From: Felis catus
Taxonomy: Eukaryota
NCBI RefSeq assembly: GCF_018350175.1
Contig: NC_058368.1
Coordinates: 169,882,001 to 169,946,000 of the forward strand
Length of the DNA: 64,000 nucleotides
Direction of reading: 5' to 3'
Below are positions 24,241 to 37,341 of the stretch, in pieces (position 1 is the stretch's first letter; the number at the start of each line of letters is the position of its first letter). The translations under genes were made by a program, and so were the position numbers. The notes under the pieces are model-generated. The model was not told the DNA's origin, searched no databases, and saw nothing but the letters and a program-made list of their open reading frames with translations.

Positions 24241-24869
24241 TGTTTTTAAACATGATGCTGCAGATTGTGAAGTGAAAGCTCGACGATCTAAGAAAGGATC
24301 AGAAACTTGTCAGGACTCAGAGCTAAAACCCTAGGAGCAAGCTGCCTCCTTGCCTTCTTCCTTCTGTCATACAGTTTGGGAGTTTATGATGTCGTGGGGG
24401 TGGGCGGGGGGAACCATTGGGAGAGTAGGTAATTTCAGCCTGGAACACGAGACCCGTCTCTGAGTCAGCCTTGACCCAGGCCAAGTTGTGGGCTGATGGT
24501 GGGCTGTGCTTTATGAACAGTAAAGGCACATAACACTATGTTGCTAGGCAGGCTTTGCCTCCCACACAAACTCGCAGACAATGTTCATTACCCCCAGACC
24601 ACAGGGACCATTGCCACAAGGAGAGGTGGGAGATGTGGCCTGGCTACTTGTGATTCTTCTCCCATGTTCTTCTTTCTTTGGAAGCTGGGAAATAGTCTTG
24701 CTGCTTGGCCTCTGTCCTCAGCTCTTGTGCGGCTGGGCCAGCTGAAAGATAACCTGTCAGAGTGGAGGCCACACGGACACATAACTTTTATTGCCATGGA
24801 AGACTGTCTGGGTCAGAGATCAGGCTGATTATACTCCTAAGTAAATAAAGAAAAGTAATGGTCTTTGGG

Positions 24870-25166
24870 TTCACTCTTCCTTTGCCAGGAATGTTCTCCC
24901 CTTCCTGTAATTCAGCTCTCAGCATAGATGTTACCTCCTCATCCAGGCTGTCTTTGGGCAACCTGTCAGAAACATCCCTCCAATATCATCCCCTCTTGTT
25001 CTATTTCCTTCAGAGGATGCATCTTTACTCTCTGAAATTATTAGTTATGATCACTAATTATAATGATATATCATAGGTTATTTTATTTTTTAAACATTTT
25101 ACTATTTTTATAAATGTTTGTATATTTTGAGAGAGAGAGAGAGAGAGCATGTGCAGGTCGGGGAGG

Positions 25167-25200
<34 letters not shown>

Positions 25201-25530
25201 CCCAAGCTGAGCATGGAGCCCAGTGCAGGGCTAGATCCCATGACCCTGGGTTCATGACCTGAGCTGAAATCAAGAGACAGATACTCAACCAACTGAGCCA
25301 CCCAGGCTCCCCAATATATCATAATTTATAATGATATACTAGTTATTACTACTTATCACTAGTTATATAGTTATAACTATATATAACACTAGTTATATAG
25401 TTATAACTAAAACTATAGTCTCCTTGAGGACAGGGGTCTTTTTTCTTGTTCAACACTATATTAGCTTCTAGAATTAGTACCTGGGATACAGAGGGTAGTT
25501 ATTTAAAATCATGGTTAGATGAACAAATGA
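24870..25530 (+). mobile_element. L2 3' end interrupted by a SINE
   Basis: 'tcagctctcagcatagatgttacctcctc' and 'ctccttgaggacagggg...ttgttcaac...agtacctggg'. Confidence 0.6.
25080..25312 (-). mobile_element. Can-SINE, older subfamily
   Basis: (GA)n, 'gagaatcccaagctgag...ctcaaccaactgagccacccaggctcccc'; TSD core atatatcata at 25066-25075 and 25314-25323. Confidence 0.95.
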
Positions 25531-28500
25531 TCGAGTCCCATTATTTTCTTTGGTTACAACTAGCAAAAACAGTCTGTAAAATATAGCTAGAGTTGACAAA
25601 ATCTGGAGAAAAAGTTTTAGTTTGCATTTCCCTTTACATTAAAGTCCAGAAAGTGGGAAGTTTCTTTCCTCCACCTGACCAATATGTGTGCTGAATAGGG
25701 GGCCAACCAACTTCCTTTCGATAATTCTGACAGAGGGACCATGCATTCCCTCTGTCATTACCCCCATTCTGCCAGAGGAAAAATGGCAGTGTTTCTAAGC
25801 TGATTCTGTTTCCTGCAATTTTCTTGTACTACTTTTGCATCGTGTGCATGTGCACGCGCCCACATGCATGGTGCTCTCGAACACACTATGTTAGAAGGGA
25901 CTTCAGTATCTGTCCTACTGCCAGATGAACCCAGTAGGAGAATGTTTGTGATGTGGGCCAAATGCTAGTCGAGGTGAGCTGGGAACGTTGTCAGACAAGT
26001 CCCTACTGGAACCCTTGCTTACCAGATACCACCCAGTCGTAAGGGGAGGACATCCTGCAGATTTCACAACCTTAAAACAGAAGTTAAAGTTCTTTTTGCA
26101 ACCCAGGATGAAGTTCTTTGTATAAGCTGGTGGCATTTTCCACCTATCTCCATTTCTGGTGCTACCAGGGGGCCTAAACCAGGAAGAAACACATGGATTT
26201 GTTTCCCAACTGATTAATCCTATAAACCATCCATTATTCATTGTGAACCTGCTGTGTTCAGCTTCAGTGCTAGATGCTGTAGGGGATAGAGACCACAGGG
26301 GCTTGCACTCTAGGATTTTATATTCTGAGGGCAGGTCTGGGACTAACTCTGCTTAATATAGAATATACTTAAGGCTAAACCGGCTGTCAGAACAACATTG
26401 TAATTGTTACAGCTTTGTTTCAGGTTTGCAAATCTTGTGTCCAAAAAGAGATTGTAAATTACGGGATAGTGTGATATACTTCCATATTTTTAGTGACAGC
26501 AACTTGTGCAGTCCTGAATACATAACAGACTCTTAAGGAGAAAAAAAATGATGGTTTGAATGTTACAGAGCCTGATAGAAGTTGGTCTAGGCTGCTCTTT
26601 CGCTAATTGAAAGGAATGGATGGTGGGGCAGAATTTCTATTCTACTCCCAGGGCACATTCCAAGAGAAAGAGTCACATGAGTCATCCCCAGAAGCACCAC
26701 TGAACTGCTGAAAGAGATTGGCTTTTACATTGACCCAGAAAGTTTCAAGGTGTCCCTAGAAAAGGTGACACCTGTGAAAATGTCCCCGTCATGTCCAGGG
26801 GACCAAATCGTGCTTTGACCTTGCTATCCTGGCCTCTCTAATTAGTTACACTATTGCCAAACTCTCAGGAGCCCCGGCTCTGTCCCAGGCCTGAGACACT
26901 CCGCATGGCCTCTGTGCCATTGTCTGCCTGCTTGTGTTGTCAGAATGCCTGCTCTTTTACTGAGTTTAAGTTTGCCCTTCTTTTGTTCAATTCCTTTTTC
27001 TGACCGGCTACCCTGAACCTCATTCAAATGCCATGTGCGTGTTTTTGAAACTTGGCCATTTAATTCACAGGAGAGCCTTGGGAAAATTTTAGGTTTCAGG
27101 TTGTGCAGGGGTCACGTTGCTTTGAGTTTCAGCTTCCAATTGATGTTTAAAAAAGACTCAAAGAGGGACTCCAGCTGCACCTTCTGAGTTTTACCAGGTG
27201 TGTTAGCAGAAGCCAGCAAGAAAAAGAGGCAGATTGCAGTCCTATCACACTATTTCAAATGGATTTACTGCACTTGTTAGATGGTATTTCATAGATGGTT
27301 ATTACTGTTCATCACAATAAACTGAAAGTATAGGAAAAGAGGAATTAAAAAGCAGTTGTGAAAATGATTGGTTCTATGTTCCTGGGACCCCAAGCTGGGA
27401 TCCGGGGAGTTCAAGATTCTAACAGTCTCTGCTTCAGGTTATCTGTTTTTTCAGCCAAGGCATTTTAAGATCCCCTAGTTTCAGCAGACCTCTATGCCCA
27501 TATGTGTCTAAGAGAAGGAAAGAATCCTACCTATGTTCCCAGATCCTTAGGACTGTGAGGGGATGACTCAGTGAAGAGGTGCTCTGGAAATTCAAACTCT
27601 TTGGAATCACCGTAGCAGAAGTAAGGTAATATCTCAAGAGGGCTCACACCTTTTTTCCTGAGCAGTGTTGCAACCGACCACTAGAAAGACAGCTATTGAC
27701 TGTTTTATTTTGAAAATGTCCTTTGGAAATTAAATTTTTCGTAGTCAAACCTGACTTCCACTACCCCTCGTTGTGCTCTGGGGAGTGTATAAGACCCCAT
27801 AGGCAACAAACTGAGAGAAGTGGATGGGGTGAGCCTCCCTGAGTCCTGGGTCCGGCCAGAGCCTCATTGGCGTACAACCCTGGGGGTCCCTTTTCATTAT
27901 GGGTGGGTCCTCAGGGATCTGATTCTCCAGTATGCCCACCTATGGTTTGGTCCCCGAGTATAGATTTGTCACTGAAGAATTATTCCATTGTTAAAATAGA
28001 TGTCAGGTATATGAGGACATGTAAAAAATTTGGTAGGAGAAGGGTTTTCTGTTTAAAATAGAGGAAGGTAGCAAGCGTAGCACTCATGTTGGCAATCAAA
28101 ACTTTTTCCTTACCATTTTAGGTCTCTGTTGGTTCATGGTAAGAGTCATGCTTTTAGTTACATCACCTACAGTTCATAATGAAACCACTAGACCTTGAAG
28201 CCAAGTCATGTCAAGTCGAAAGTGTTTTAAGTTCTTCATGCGTCTAAAACCTCATCTCAACACGGAACTTTTATTTTCCCTGAAGCTTTTCAAATTGACT
28301 TCTTTCACAGGGAAAAAAATCTTTGCATGCATTAAGTTCTTTGGACTTCCCTATTTTTATTTCCAAACTGGCACATTATCATTTCCTCTGTCATACACAA
28401 TCTGGCCTTATTGAATTCTTTGCCATTTGATCTCCTTAAGTAGCTCAGCTCCGTCAGCCTCTTCTCTGACATTGAGAGTTTTTGCCTTATGCTGAATATA

Positions 28501-28769
28501 AATTACCCCATTCTAGTTGTATGAAAAATTAGAGTTTCAGATTTTATCTGATTTTCTCATAGTATTAAACTCCAAGAAAATATTCACAATAGCTGATCAG
28601 ATGATCTGATCAGATCTAGGTTTGGGTAAGGACCAAATTTGCTGGCTCTTAAATTCTTCAGTTGGCTTTGTACTTTGTAGCTTATGTACATTATCTTGGT
28701 TATTGTCTCTTGAGGCTTTGACATTTTGTCCATCAAAAGAATAAATGCCCTCTCTGCTTAAGTGACTTT

Positions 28770-28888
28770 ATTTATAAAATGGAGTAATTAGTGGTACCTG
28801 CTTCATTGGATTAGTGGGTTAAAAGAGATACTACATGATCAGTATTTAGAACAGTACCTGACATATAAAGACTGCCCTAAAATGTCCA
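28770..28888 (+). mobile_element. MIR 3' part
   Basis: 'ataaaatggagtaattagtggtacctgcttcat...ttagaacagtacctgacatataa'. Confidence 0.7.
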
Positions 28889-28936
28889 GTTGTTGTTGTT
28901 GTTGTTGTTATTATTATTATTATTATTATTATCATT
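28889..28936. repeat. compound (GTT)n(ATT)n microsatellite
   Basis: Seen directly at the MIR tail. Confidence 0.95.
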
Positions 28937-29679
28937 AGGTAGGTTGTTGAAATGGGCATGGGTGCACATTCTTTACATGGTATTTGGTTCCAGATATCAG
29001 ATGTCAGGAGTGTTGAGATCATTTAGGATAGACTGGGACTCTTAAAACATAATGAAGTGATACAAAGACCCTCCATCCCTAACCTGAAGGCATCCTAACT
29101 AGTCACAGTCACATGGCATTATTTTGCTCTCCCTAATAAGAGAACACTGCTTCTTACTTTTTTTTTTTAACTTCATGCTCTAACCATGTGTTCTTGCTTA
29201 GTGTAATGTCTCTTGTGTTAATTACATTGTGTTATTTTTTTAAATGCCCACTTTTTTCATAGACAACTTTCACAACTAGAACAACTATTTTCTATGTCTT
29301 AAATTTATCTATCTATCAATCTGTCTGTCTATCTCACACAGTCAAAAGAAGCCTGAGGTCATTTAGATCCTCCCTCTGCCGTCAGATCAGATGCCAATTC
29401 AGTCACCTCAAGTAGATGAGACAGTCTTTGAAAGTACCTCCAGAGAAGGGCGTGGCATTCTTTGTAATTTATGTCAAAACCCTAAATAGAATTTTTGTTT
29501 GTCTTAAATATTGCCAAGCCTTATTAGCCTTGCTATTCTTTGCTCCAGTATGTTTCTTTAAAGACACTTAAAACAATTTGTTTAAGAAGCATATTGTGGG
29601 TTGGTTTTTTGTTTTGTTTTGTTTTTTTAGCCTTTAAATGATGTCTCCACTAATTTTTCTTTATTAAGATGGAGTTCAC

Positions 29680-29900
29680 AGTATATGTTAAACTCGGGTG
29701 ACAGAAACCCCAATTCAAACGGACTTAAGAAAGATTTAATATATAATTTAATTGAGAACAGCAGGGCTAAGGCAGCTTTAGACGCTGTTTAAGCCAAGAC
29801 TCAAACAACATCATATATATCATAAAATCATCAGGATTTGGTTAGAGTCAGTTCTCTGCTTTCCCATTGGTTTGATTCTCCTCCAGGTTATCTCTTCACT
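29680..29900 (-). mobile_element. old MLT1 (K/L-like) LTR fragment
   Basis: 'gtgacagaaacccaattcaaac...cttaag...actcaaacaacatcat'; probable continuation at 30720-30810. Confidence 0.5.
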
Positions 29901-30079
29901 CCACAAGATACTAGCTACAAAAGTTCTCCACTTTATTCTCAGCTGGTAGTTCAGAGGGAAACAGAGGACCTAAGTAAAACAAAGTTAGGTGTTTACAAAC
30001 ATCGTTAAGAATTCTGGTAGAGATTTGGTGATAGGGTGAATCCTTTAGACAGGTGGTAGGGTAAGAACATTTTTGAAGG

Positions 30080-30400
30080 TGGTTTTTAGGCCTAAATGAG
30101 GAAACAACCATGAAAATGTTGCTCAAAGATTGCTCAAAGCATAATAAACGTCAGGTGCAAATGTCCTGAGACACAAATGAGCATGACATATTCTAAGGGT
30201 AAACAAAATGCTGGTATGGCTAGAACTGTAAGTGGAATTTGGAAGAAGAAAAAGTCAGAAGTTGGCAGGGTCACACTTTCTGGATTCCTATAGGCCATCA
30301 CAAAAAGTCACTGGAATGTTTTCAGCCATGGATGAATTGGTTTGAATTGGCTTTCAAAAGCTAATTTTGGATGTTTTGAGGAAGATGGACCATGGTTGAG
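30080..30400 (-). mobile_element. L2 fragment
   Basis: 'gtgcaaatgtcctgagac...tggtatggctagaa...aagtcactggaatgttttcag'. Confidence 0.5.
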
Positions 30401-32249
30401 TGTGTTAACCTAGTCCTCTCACTCCCCCATGCTGTGGGAAGTAGAGGCTAAGACAGGAATATAGTGCATTTGCATAGGGTATATGAGAGATGATGATCCT
30501 AGGGAGCCTGAGTGAGAGACCAAAGGAAAAGAAATAGCTATCTAGAAGGTAGTACAATTTCCAGAAATAGTCACCTTATTTCTCACCACCTCTGATAAGT
30601 TACTTGCCCTTCTCTGTACAGTCACTCAGGGAAATACGCAGATTGAATATGACCTAGGTGTCACTTATTTCACTCCTGAGTCTGCAGTCAAGCTTTTCCC
30701 AAGTATGGGAGCTCACAGTGGGAGAGGGATGACTGCTCAGAGGGGAACTGAGGTACAATTACCAGAAAAGTGATGAATGGATAACAGATGGCATAAACAA
30801 TAGATGATTTTCATAGTTACTCTTCCTTAGATTCCACAGAAGATACGGTCCAAAAACAGTAGCAGGTGGGTGTTATATATTAGAATTTCTTTATTTTATT
30901 CTTCTATGATATTGGATGATGGGCTTTTAATTTTTATTACACCTAAATAATACAGATGAAAAAACACAGATGCACAGCACTGATGATGGAAAAATGTTGA
31001 AAATAGGAAACTCAATAGCAGGTTTTGAGAAGACACTCTACTGGACTTGATTAGATAACATTATTGTAATTTTTGCTGAGCAATTTATTTAAGGCAGGGC
31101 ATTTATTTAGCATTTGATGCATCTATAAAAAGAGCCTTATCTGTTGAAAGAAGCACTTTAAATATTTTATATCTCCCGGTTAATTTGGATCCGAGTATAT
31201 CATAAAATCATCTTTGAGCTAATTTCAATTTCAGATTACTTTTAAAAACCCTACCTCTTATTCTCTCTCTCTAAAAAAAAAAGGAACACAGGAAAAGTTT
31301 TGAGACTGGAGGGTCTGACACCACAGGTGAAGATTAAAGAGTGACACATCTGTGTGTTTGTGTTTGGGGATCGCTAACAAGGTGAGGCTCGGGAGAGATG
31401 TGCCTATCATTCTCTGCAGCAGAGGGTCAGCAAACAGAGAAAGAACTCAAGCCAGGAAGCATTTGAAAGGTTCCCACTAAAAGATTTCAAAAAAATGGAG
31501 AAACCACAGACTGTGAAAGATAATATTGTTAAAGTTATGTGGAAACATTCCCAAAGAAACGAAAAAAGTGAAAGAAGAAATAAGGACACCCCAAGCAGAG
31601 AGGAATAATGTTGCACACATGACTCAAAGGTCAGATGGCTGAGCACATCCACTTTCAATGCTGAGAGAGGAAGGGGGAGAAGTATTTGAACTTGGTCCTG
31701 TGCCCACCGGCTGTCCTGCAGGGATGGCTCTCCCCTGGGAGCCTGGTCGATGTTTCATTGTGGAGGCCCGATTTTCTAAAAATTAATGTCTTTATCCTGT
31801 CCTTATTTGCTACTTCATTTCCTATCACTGTTCAAGGATAAAAGCTTGATTTGCTATTATTGGAAGACATACTTTCCTGGTTGGGGCATCTAAGATTTTC
31901 CACCTACTTCTCTCTGAAGGCCTTTAAGGAATTTCATATCCCCAGGCTTGGAAGCTCTTTCTCCTAAGAAAAAGTTGTCCAAGTGCAGATGGGTTTTGTT
32001 TTTCAATATAATTCCCACGGGGAGGTTGGGTGCGGCTAATCCAGAGAGATCCATTTCTCTGGCTCAGACCTTCAGTAGTCTCCAAATTGGAGCCTGGGCC
32101 TGAAGATAAGTTAGGGAAGCAATGAAGGTAGACACAGAACATAGCAAAGACTCTCACTGCAAAAGAGAACAAGCAAAGGAAAACCCTGCATTGATTTTTT
32201 ATTTGCTGAGGTAAACAACAACCACAAAACACTCATTGTTAGGACAAAG

Positions 32250-32560
32250 ACGTCCCGAAATCTCAGTAATTTCACAAAGTGAAATGTTCTCTTGCTCGTC
32301 ACAGGCCTGTTCTGGTCAGCATGTGAATGGGTGGGCGGGTAGAGGGGTCAAGTGGGAGAGGATTCTGCTCTCCACAACTTTAAGGAGCTTGTGCCTCTGT
32401 CTTCTGAGGCTGCTGAGTCTTCTCCATTCAGCTGGCAGATGAGGGAAGAGAGCTAAAGTCTCATCTGGGGGAGAGGTGTTTGGGGGGGTGTCATCAACCA
32501 GGCCTGGAAGAGATACAGTCACTTTTACTCATATTCCATTGGCTGGACTCAGCGCCCGTG
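32250..32560 (-). mobile_element. MLT1J/I-like LTR fragment
   Basis: 'aaatctcagt...ccaggcctggaag...tcacttttactcatattccattggctggactcag'. Confidence 0.6.
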
Positions 32561-32672
32561 GCCGTATCCCAGTACAGGGATACTGCAGTACAACTGTTTC
32601 CCACGTAGATACCAGCAAATGTGCTCGTGGCTTCTCCTGCCCCAGCCCATTGACTCGCCCAACTCATCCCCC

Positions 32673-34035
32673 GCGTCATGGGTGGGAGAGGGCTAATTCC
32701 AGTTCCCAAGAGACAATTGCCAAATTTGCAGGAATTTTGCCAGCCGGTTGTTAAATACAGCCATTATTTAACAACAAATGATATAAACCCATATAAAAAT
32801 ATTTAAAACCTACTAATTAAAGTAGTTTAGAACTAAGTAGTTTAGAACTAAAGATAAGTACTGAAAACTCACAACTTCTTATTTCACTACTTTTTTTTCT
32901 TTACTCTTGAGGTTATGTCTAATGTGTCTGTGTGGTAGAAACACTGCCCATCTCTCCCCAAATTCACATTCATTGACTTGAGGCTGCCAGCCTCCCGTCA
33001 GCCAACGTGGGAATAGGTCACTTTAGCAACAGGCAAATGCTGCAAATCAGGGATTGACTTACTGTTTTGTTGATTGTCTGGACTTAAGAGAATGCCTGAG
33101 AAAATGTTAGTAATTCAGATTAAATTTAAAAGTATGTTGAGCCCACAGCCTTTACATAGTGGATAGCGTCCAAGTTGAGGAAATATTCTTTCAGTATTGA
33201 ACACTGTTCCCCAATTCAGCAGAGAACTTGTCTGCATTGCTGATGAAAGACTGCAATTCTGACATATGGTAGTACTAAAACCAGAAGGGGTTTGATTTAA
33301 AGAGTCTAATTTGTATAAGGGTGAGAGATAGTTTGAAAAGTAGGTCACACATCAAATTTAATCTCAATAAATTTATTAGGTAAAGTTACCAGATTGGGAT
33401 GTGACTCCAATCATCAAATCATGGTTAACTGGTAATTGTAGGCTGGCCAAGGATAGAGGGATTTGGCAAAAATCGGTGAAATAGTTTTTGAGAATCAATT
33501 GGCTATAGGAAATCTACAATAAAGAGTATTTTATATTTTGTTATCATTTGCAAATTGTGGACTAACATTGTTCTTATCAGTAAAATTTACAATAAACTTA
33601 TGTATGTATATCTATATGTCTATATATACATACTGTATGTGTGTGTGCACATTTCCCCCCCTAGAGACCACAATAAACTTACATGTTTATGTATGTACAT
33701 ATGTCTATATATGCATATGGTGTGGGTATGTATGCGCATTTCCCCCCAAGACCGTAATAAACTTACACATGTATATATGTATATATGATATGTCTGTACA
33801 TGCATATGGAGTATGTGTATGTGTTTGCATGTTTTCCTCCTAGATACCACAATAAACTTGCATATGTATGTATATATTATAAGTGTATACGTATGGGGTG
33901 TGTGTATGCACATTTCCCCCTAGAGACTACAGTAAACTTACATATGTATGTATCTGTGTGTGCATATGCGTGTGTGTGTGCATGCGAGTGTTTTCCCCTA
34001 GGACCTGCTGTTAAATATTTACCAGCACACCACTT
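32673..34035 (+). mobile_element. MER63 (hAT-Blackjack) non-autonomous DNA transposon
   Basis: 'caggaattttgccagccggttgttaaatacagccattatt', 'aaatcaggg...ttgattgtctggacttaag', 'agaatcaattggctata' and right terminus 'gttaaatatttaccagcacaccact' match recalled MER63. Confidence 0.88.
33590..34005. repeat. 5-unit minisatellite (~75-95 bp) inside MER63
   Basis: Anchor (c/t)a(a/g)taaactt at 33590, 33671, 33755, 33850, 33930; each unit ends in a variant of 'catttcccc(c)tagagacc'; variable TA/TG/CA-rich middles. Confidence 0.92.
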
Positions 34036-34349
34036 ACCACAGCCTGGTGTCATTCTCCGCACTGTCTCTGCCTCTCCCTGATCTCTCTCACCTCCTTGCT
34101 GTTTCTTCTACTTCCTTCCTTCCTTCTCCCTCCACCTTTCACTTGTATGTCTGTCTTCTTCAAAACCCACCTCAAGTGTTAACGGTCTTCGGTTTTCACC
34201 CTGAACCTCCCAGAGGGAACCGAGATGTCCCTTCTCTATGTTCCCACAAATGCCTTAGGGGCTAACTGCTCTTCTGGCTTTCATGGTTAGTGTTGTCTCA
34301 CTTTGGGTTATGGTTATAATACATTGAAATGTATATGTAAAGAATATGG

Positions 34350-35720
34350 TGCTTTAAAATTTTTATAAGTTATATGATATATATGGACTCTACCAAATCT
34401 TCCTTTTTTTTCAACTCCACCTTTTGTGTCTGAGATATATTCATTTTGAGGCCTATAGCACACTTGTTGCCCCAAGTAGCATTACCATTATATCAGTCTA
34501 CTGCATTGTATCCATCCTCCGCTCACGTGTCACTTTTTCTACTTTTCCACTATTAGAAACACTTTACCACTACAGACACGACGCATGACTTTCCTAATTT
34601 TCATGTGCATAGAGACAAAATTACCCTTTAAGACAATACCAAATTATCTTCCTTATTATTACTATTATTATTATTATTATTATTATTTAGAGTTTACTTA
34701 TTTATTTAGAGAGCCTCAGCGAGGTAGGGGCAGAGAAAAGAAGAGAGAGAGAATCCCAAGCAGACTCCACACTGTCAGCACAGAGCCTGACATGAGGCTT
34801 GAACCCACAAACCATGAGATCATGACCTGAGCCAAGATCAAGAGTTGGACGCTTAACCACCTGAGCCACCCAGGTGCCCCTGTATTATTTTTATTAATTA
34901 CTACTTTCTGTATGACCAGCAGTGTATATACATTCCTATTGATCTCAATTCATTCCTAGGCTTTGACCACTTATCAGACTTTCTCTTATTTTTACAGTTT
35001 TGAAGCTTTTCCTTTCACTTTCTCGTTCGTATATTTTGATAACCATGAGTCCATAATTTTCATGTATTCATTCACTTATTTTATGGCTCATGTGCCTTGT
35101 TTAATAATTTTTTCCATCCTTAGCTTGTAAAGTTATTTCTTCTAAAAATTTTTAAAACTTTGCTTTTCCCCTTCAAGTGTAATCTAATTTTAGATGACTA
35201 CTTCTTTCCCTGGCTCCATTTATCCAATGGCCTATTCTTTCACCCTCATCCATCATAGGTCAAGTTTCAGGGCTCTGTATTCTGGGGCATTGCTGTTTAT
35301 CTGTCTATGCATTAATGCCATGCTATCATAATCCTAATAATTAAAAAGATAATTTTACCTAGAAAGGAGAGTTGTTTGATCTTGTTCCTATTCAGAAGTA
35401 TCTTCGGTATTTTAGGCTATTTTTATTCTATGTCCTTTTAAACTAAGCTTGTCAACTTCCATGAAATACCTTGTTGACAACTGATAGGACTTAGTATAAT
35501 TTTAAGAGAAGTGACATCTTAACATTTTTATATCTTCCTCTATGTGGACATAACCATTCTCTCTTCTGTGTTCCTGTATTCCTCTCACTTTTCTTTGTCT
35601 TTCAGTAAACTTTAATAATTTTTCCCATTAAGATCCTGCAAATTTTGTTAGATTTCTGCCTAAAAACGTTTTATCACTGTGAGTGCTGTAAATAGTGTCT
35701 TTTAAAAATTACATTTTCAA
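34350..35720 (-). mobile_element. ancient L1 (L1ME-like) fragments interrupted by a SINE
   Basis: T-rich + strand with L1 antisense motifs 'aagcttgtcaacttcc', 'gagaagtgacatcttaaca'. Confidence 0.5.
34653..34880 (-). mobile_element. Can-SINE (SINEC_Fc2-like) with a (TAT)n tail
   Basis: 'gagaatcccaagcagactcc...gcttaaccacctgagccacccaggtgcccc'; tail expanded into a trinucleotide microsatellite. Confidence 0.95.
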
Positions 35721-35747
35721 CTATTTGTGTGTGTATGCACAGATGTG

Positions 35748-36125
35748 TTGTATTAGACCATGTAGAGCTAGCTACCATGACAAAAACACCAAAGCAGTGT
35801 AAGGGCTGTTCATAAAACAGTACTTGGAAGGCCAAGAGGATGGAGGAAGGCTCTCCTTCATGCCATTACCTGGGACTCAGGCTGACTGAGGTTCTGTCAT
35901 CTTCAACACATGGTTTCCAAAGTTGCTTGGAGAATTAAATTCATTGCACCCAGACAGAAGAGGAAGAAGTGTGGAGAAGCACTGCTGGAGGGTTTTGAAA
36001 GCCTGGGGTTGTATATAGTGTACATCACTTTTGCTTTTATTCCAATGGACAGAAATAGACACAGTGCCCCCGTAACTGCTGGTAGCAGGAGATATAAGAA
36101 GTGAAGTCTGTGCCTGGAAAGCCAG
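35748..36125 (-). mobile_element. MLT1J-like LTR
   Basis: 'tgtattag...gggactcaggctgactgagg...catcacttttgct...attccaatggacagaa'. Confidence 0.7.
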
Positions 36126-37019
36126 TTTGTAGAAATTCTGCATTCCTCAACTGGAGACATTCAATTCTACTGGAGAGCTACCTGTCTCTGCCAAAGTCTA
36201 TCTCACTGGTCTCCAACTACACCTTCATACTCTTATTCTCACATATAGACCACTTTCCTCCTCAGAAGGGTTACCCCATCTGGCTCAAAGTTCAGAATCT
36301 CTGGATAGTGCACTGACACTCTGTAAGGTTTTCTTTCATAGCTTTAAGGGTCCAGCAACCCAGGATCTAAAGACAGTTCTTCTCCTCGGGTAAGATTGTG
36401 GGGGGAGGGATTCTAGGATCCATTTGGACCTCCATTCCAGATTATAGAACTTATTACCCCTAATTCTGGGAGTGCTGATGGCCGACAGCCCTCTGCTGCT
36501 TTGCCCAAAGTCACAGCACCTTTCCAGATCTATTGACCATTCAACTTGAGAGTAAAAGACCAGTTCTCTCAGCCCATCTCAGAACAGTGCTAAAGGGACA
36601 ACCCACCTGTAGGAACCCCCATGGGTGGCTGAAGCTTCCAGTGAGACTGTAGAATGGAGATCTACCTCTTTTCTCAATTCTCCTTGGCTTCTCTCCTCAG
36701 GTGTTGTTCCCAAGAATGTTTTCTAGTAACCTCCTGGTGCTAATGTCTGTCAGGGTCTGCTTCCTGTAGAAGTCAACATGTGACATTTCCAAAAAGCAGA
36801 CTTAGGCTCTAATTAAAGAATTTGTTCACCTGCCAGGGTGGGGGGACCTCAGAAGTTTCACCCTATAGAGCTACCCCATTGTTATGGATTAATGTCTGTG
36901 GTGGTTTTTTATTCTTCCCTGTTCTGAACGGAACCTGTGCGTGGCTATTATCCTTTTCCTGCTGCACCACTGTATAATGTATTGCCTCTGATAGGGGTGG
37001 TAGAGTATGGGATAATAAA

Positions 37020-37335
37020 AGGGTGGCATGTGGAAATTTTGGGAAACAGTCTTGCATCCTGATTATGACTGTAGTTGCATGAATTGATACATTTGATGGT
37101 ATTTGACTAGCTCTAATATAAAAATAAATAAGGAATATGTAAAAAACTTGTGAAATCTGAATAAAGTATCTAGTGAATAGAATTATGTCAGAAACAACTT
37201 TATAATTTTGATCATTTTACTATAGCTATGTAAGATGTCTATTATTTGAGGAAGCTGGGTGAAGGGTAGACATGAACTCTTTGTACTATTTTCCCAACTT
37301 CTATGTAAGTCTAAAGGATTTCAGAATCAAAAGTA
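37020..37335 (+). mobile_element. L1MC/MD-like 3' end
   Basis: 'gaaatctgaataaag...gaagctgggtgaagggta...ctttgtactatt...aagtctaaa'. Confidence 0.75.
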
Positions 37336-37341
37336 TTTTTA

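Noticed and set aside
33590..34005. CRISPR array (conserved repeats with variable spacers)
   Set aside because: Mammalian DNA with no cas genes; the spacers are mutually related low-complexity TA/TG tracts of uneven length; the array sits inside MER63.
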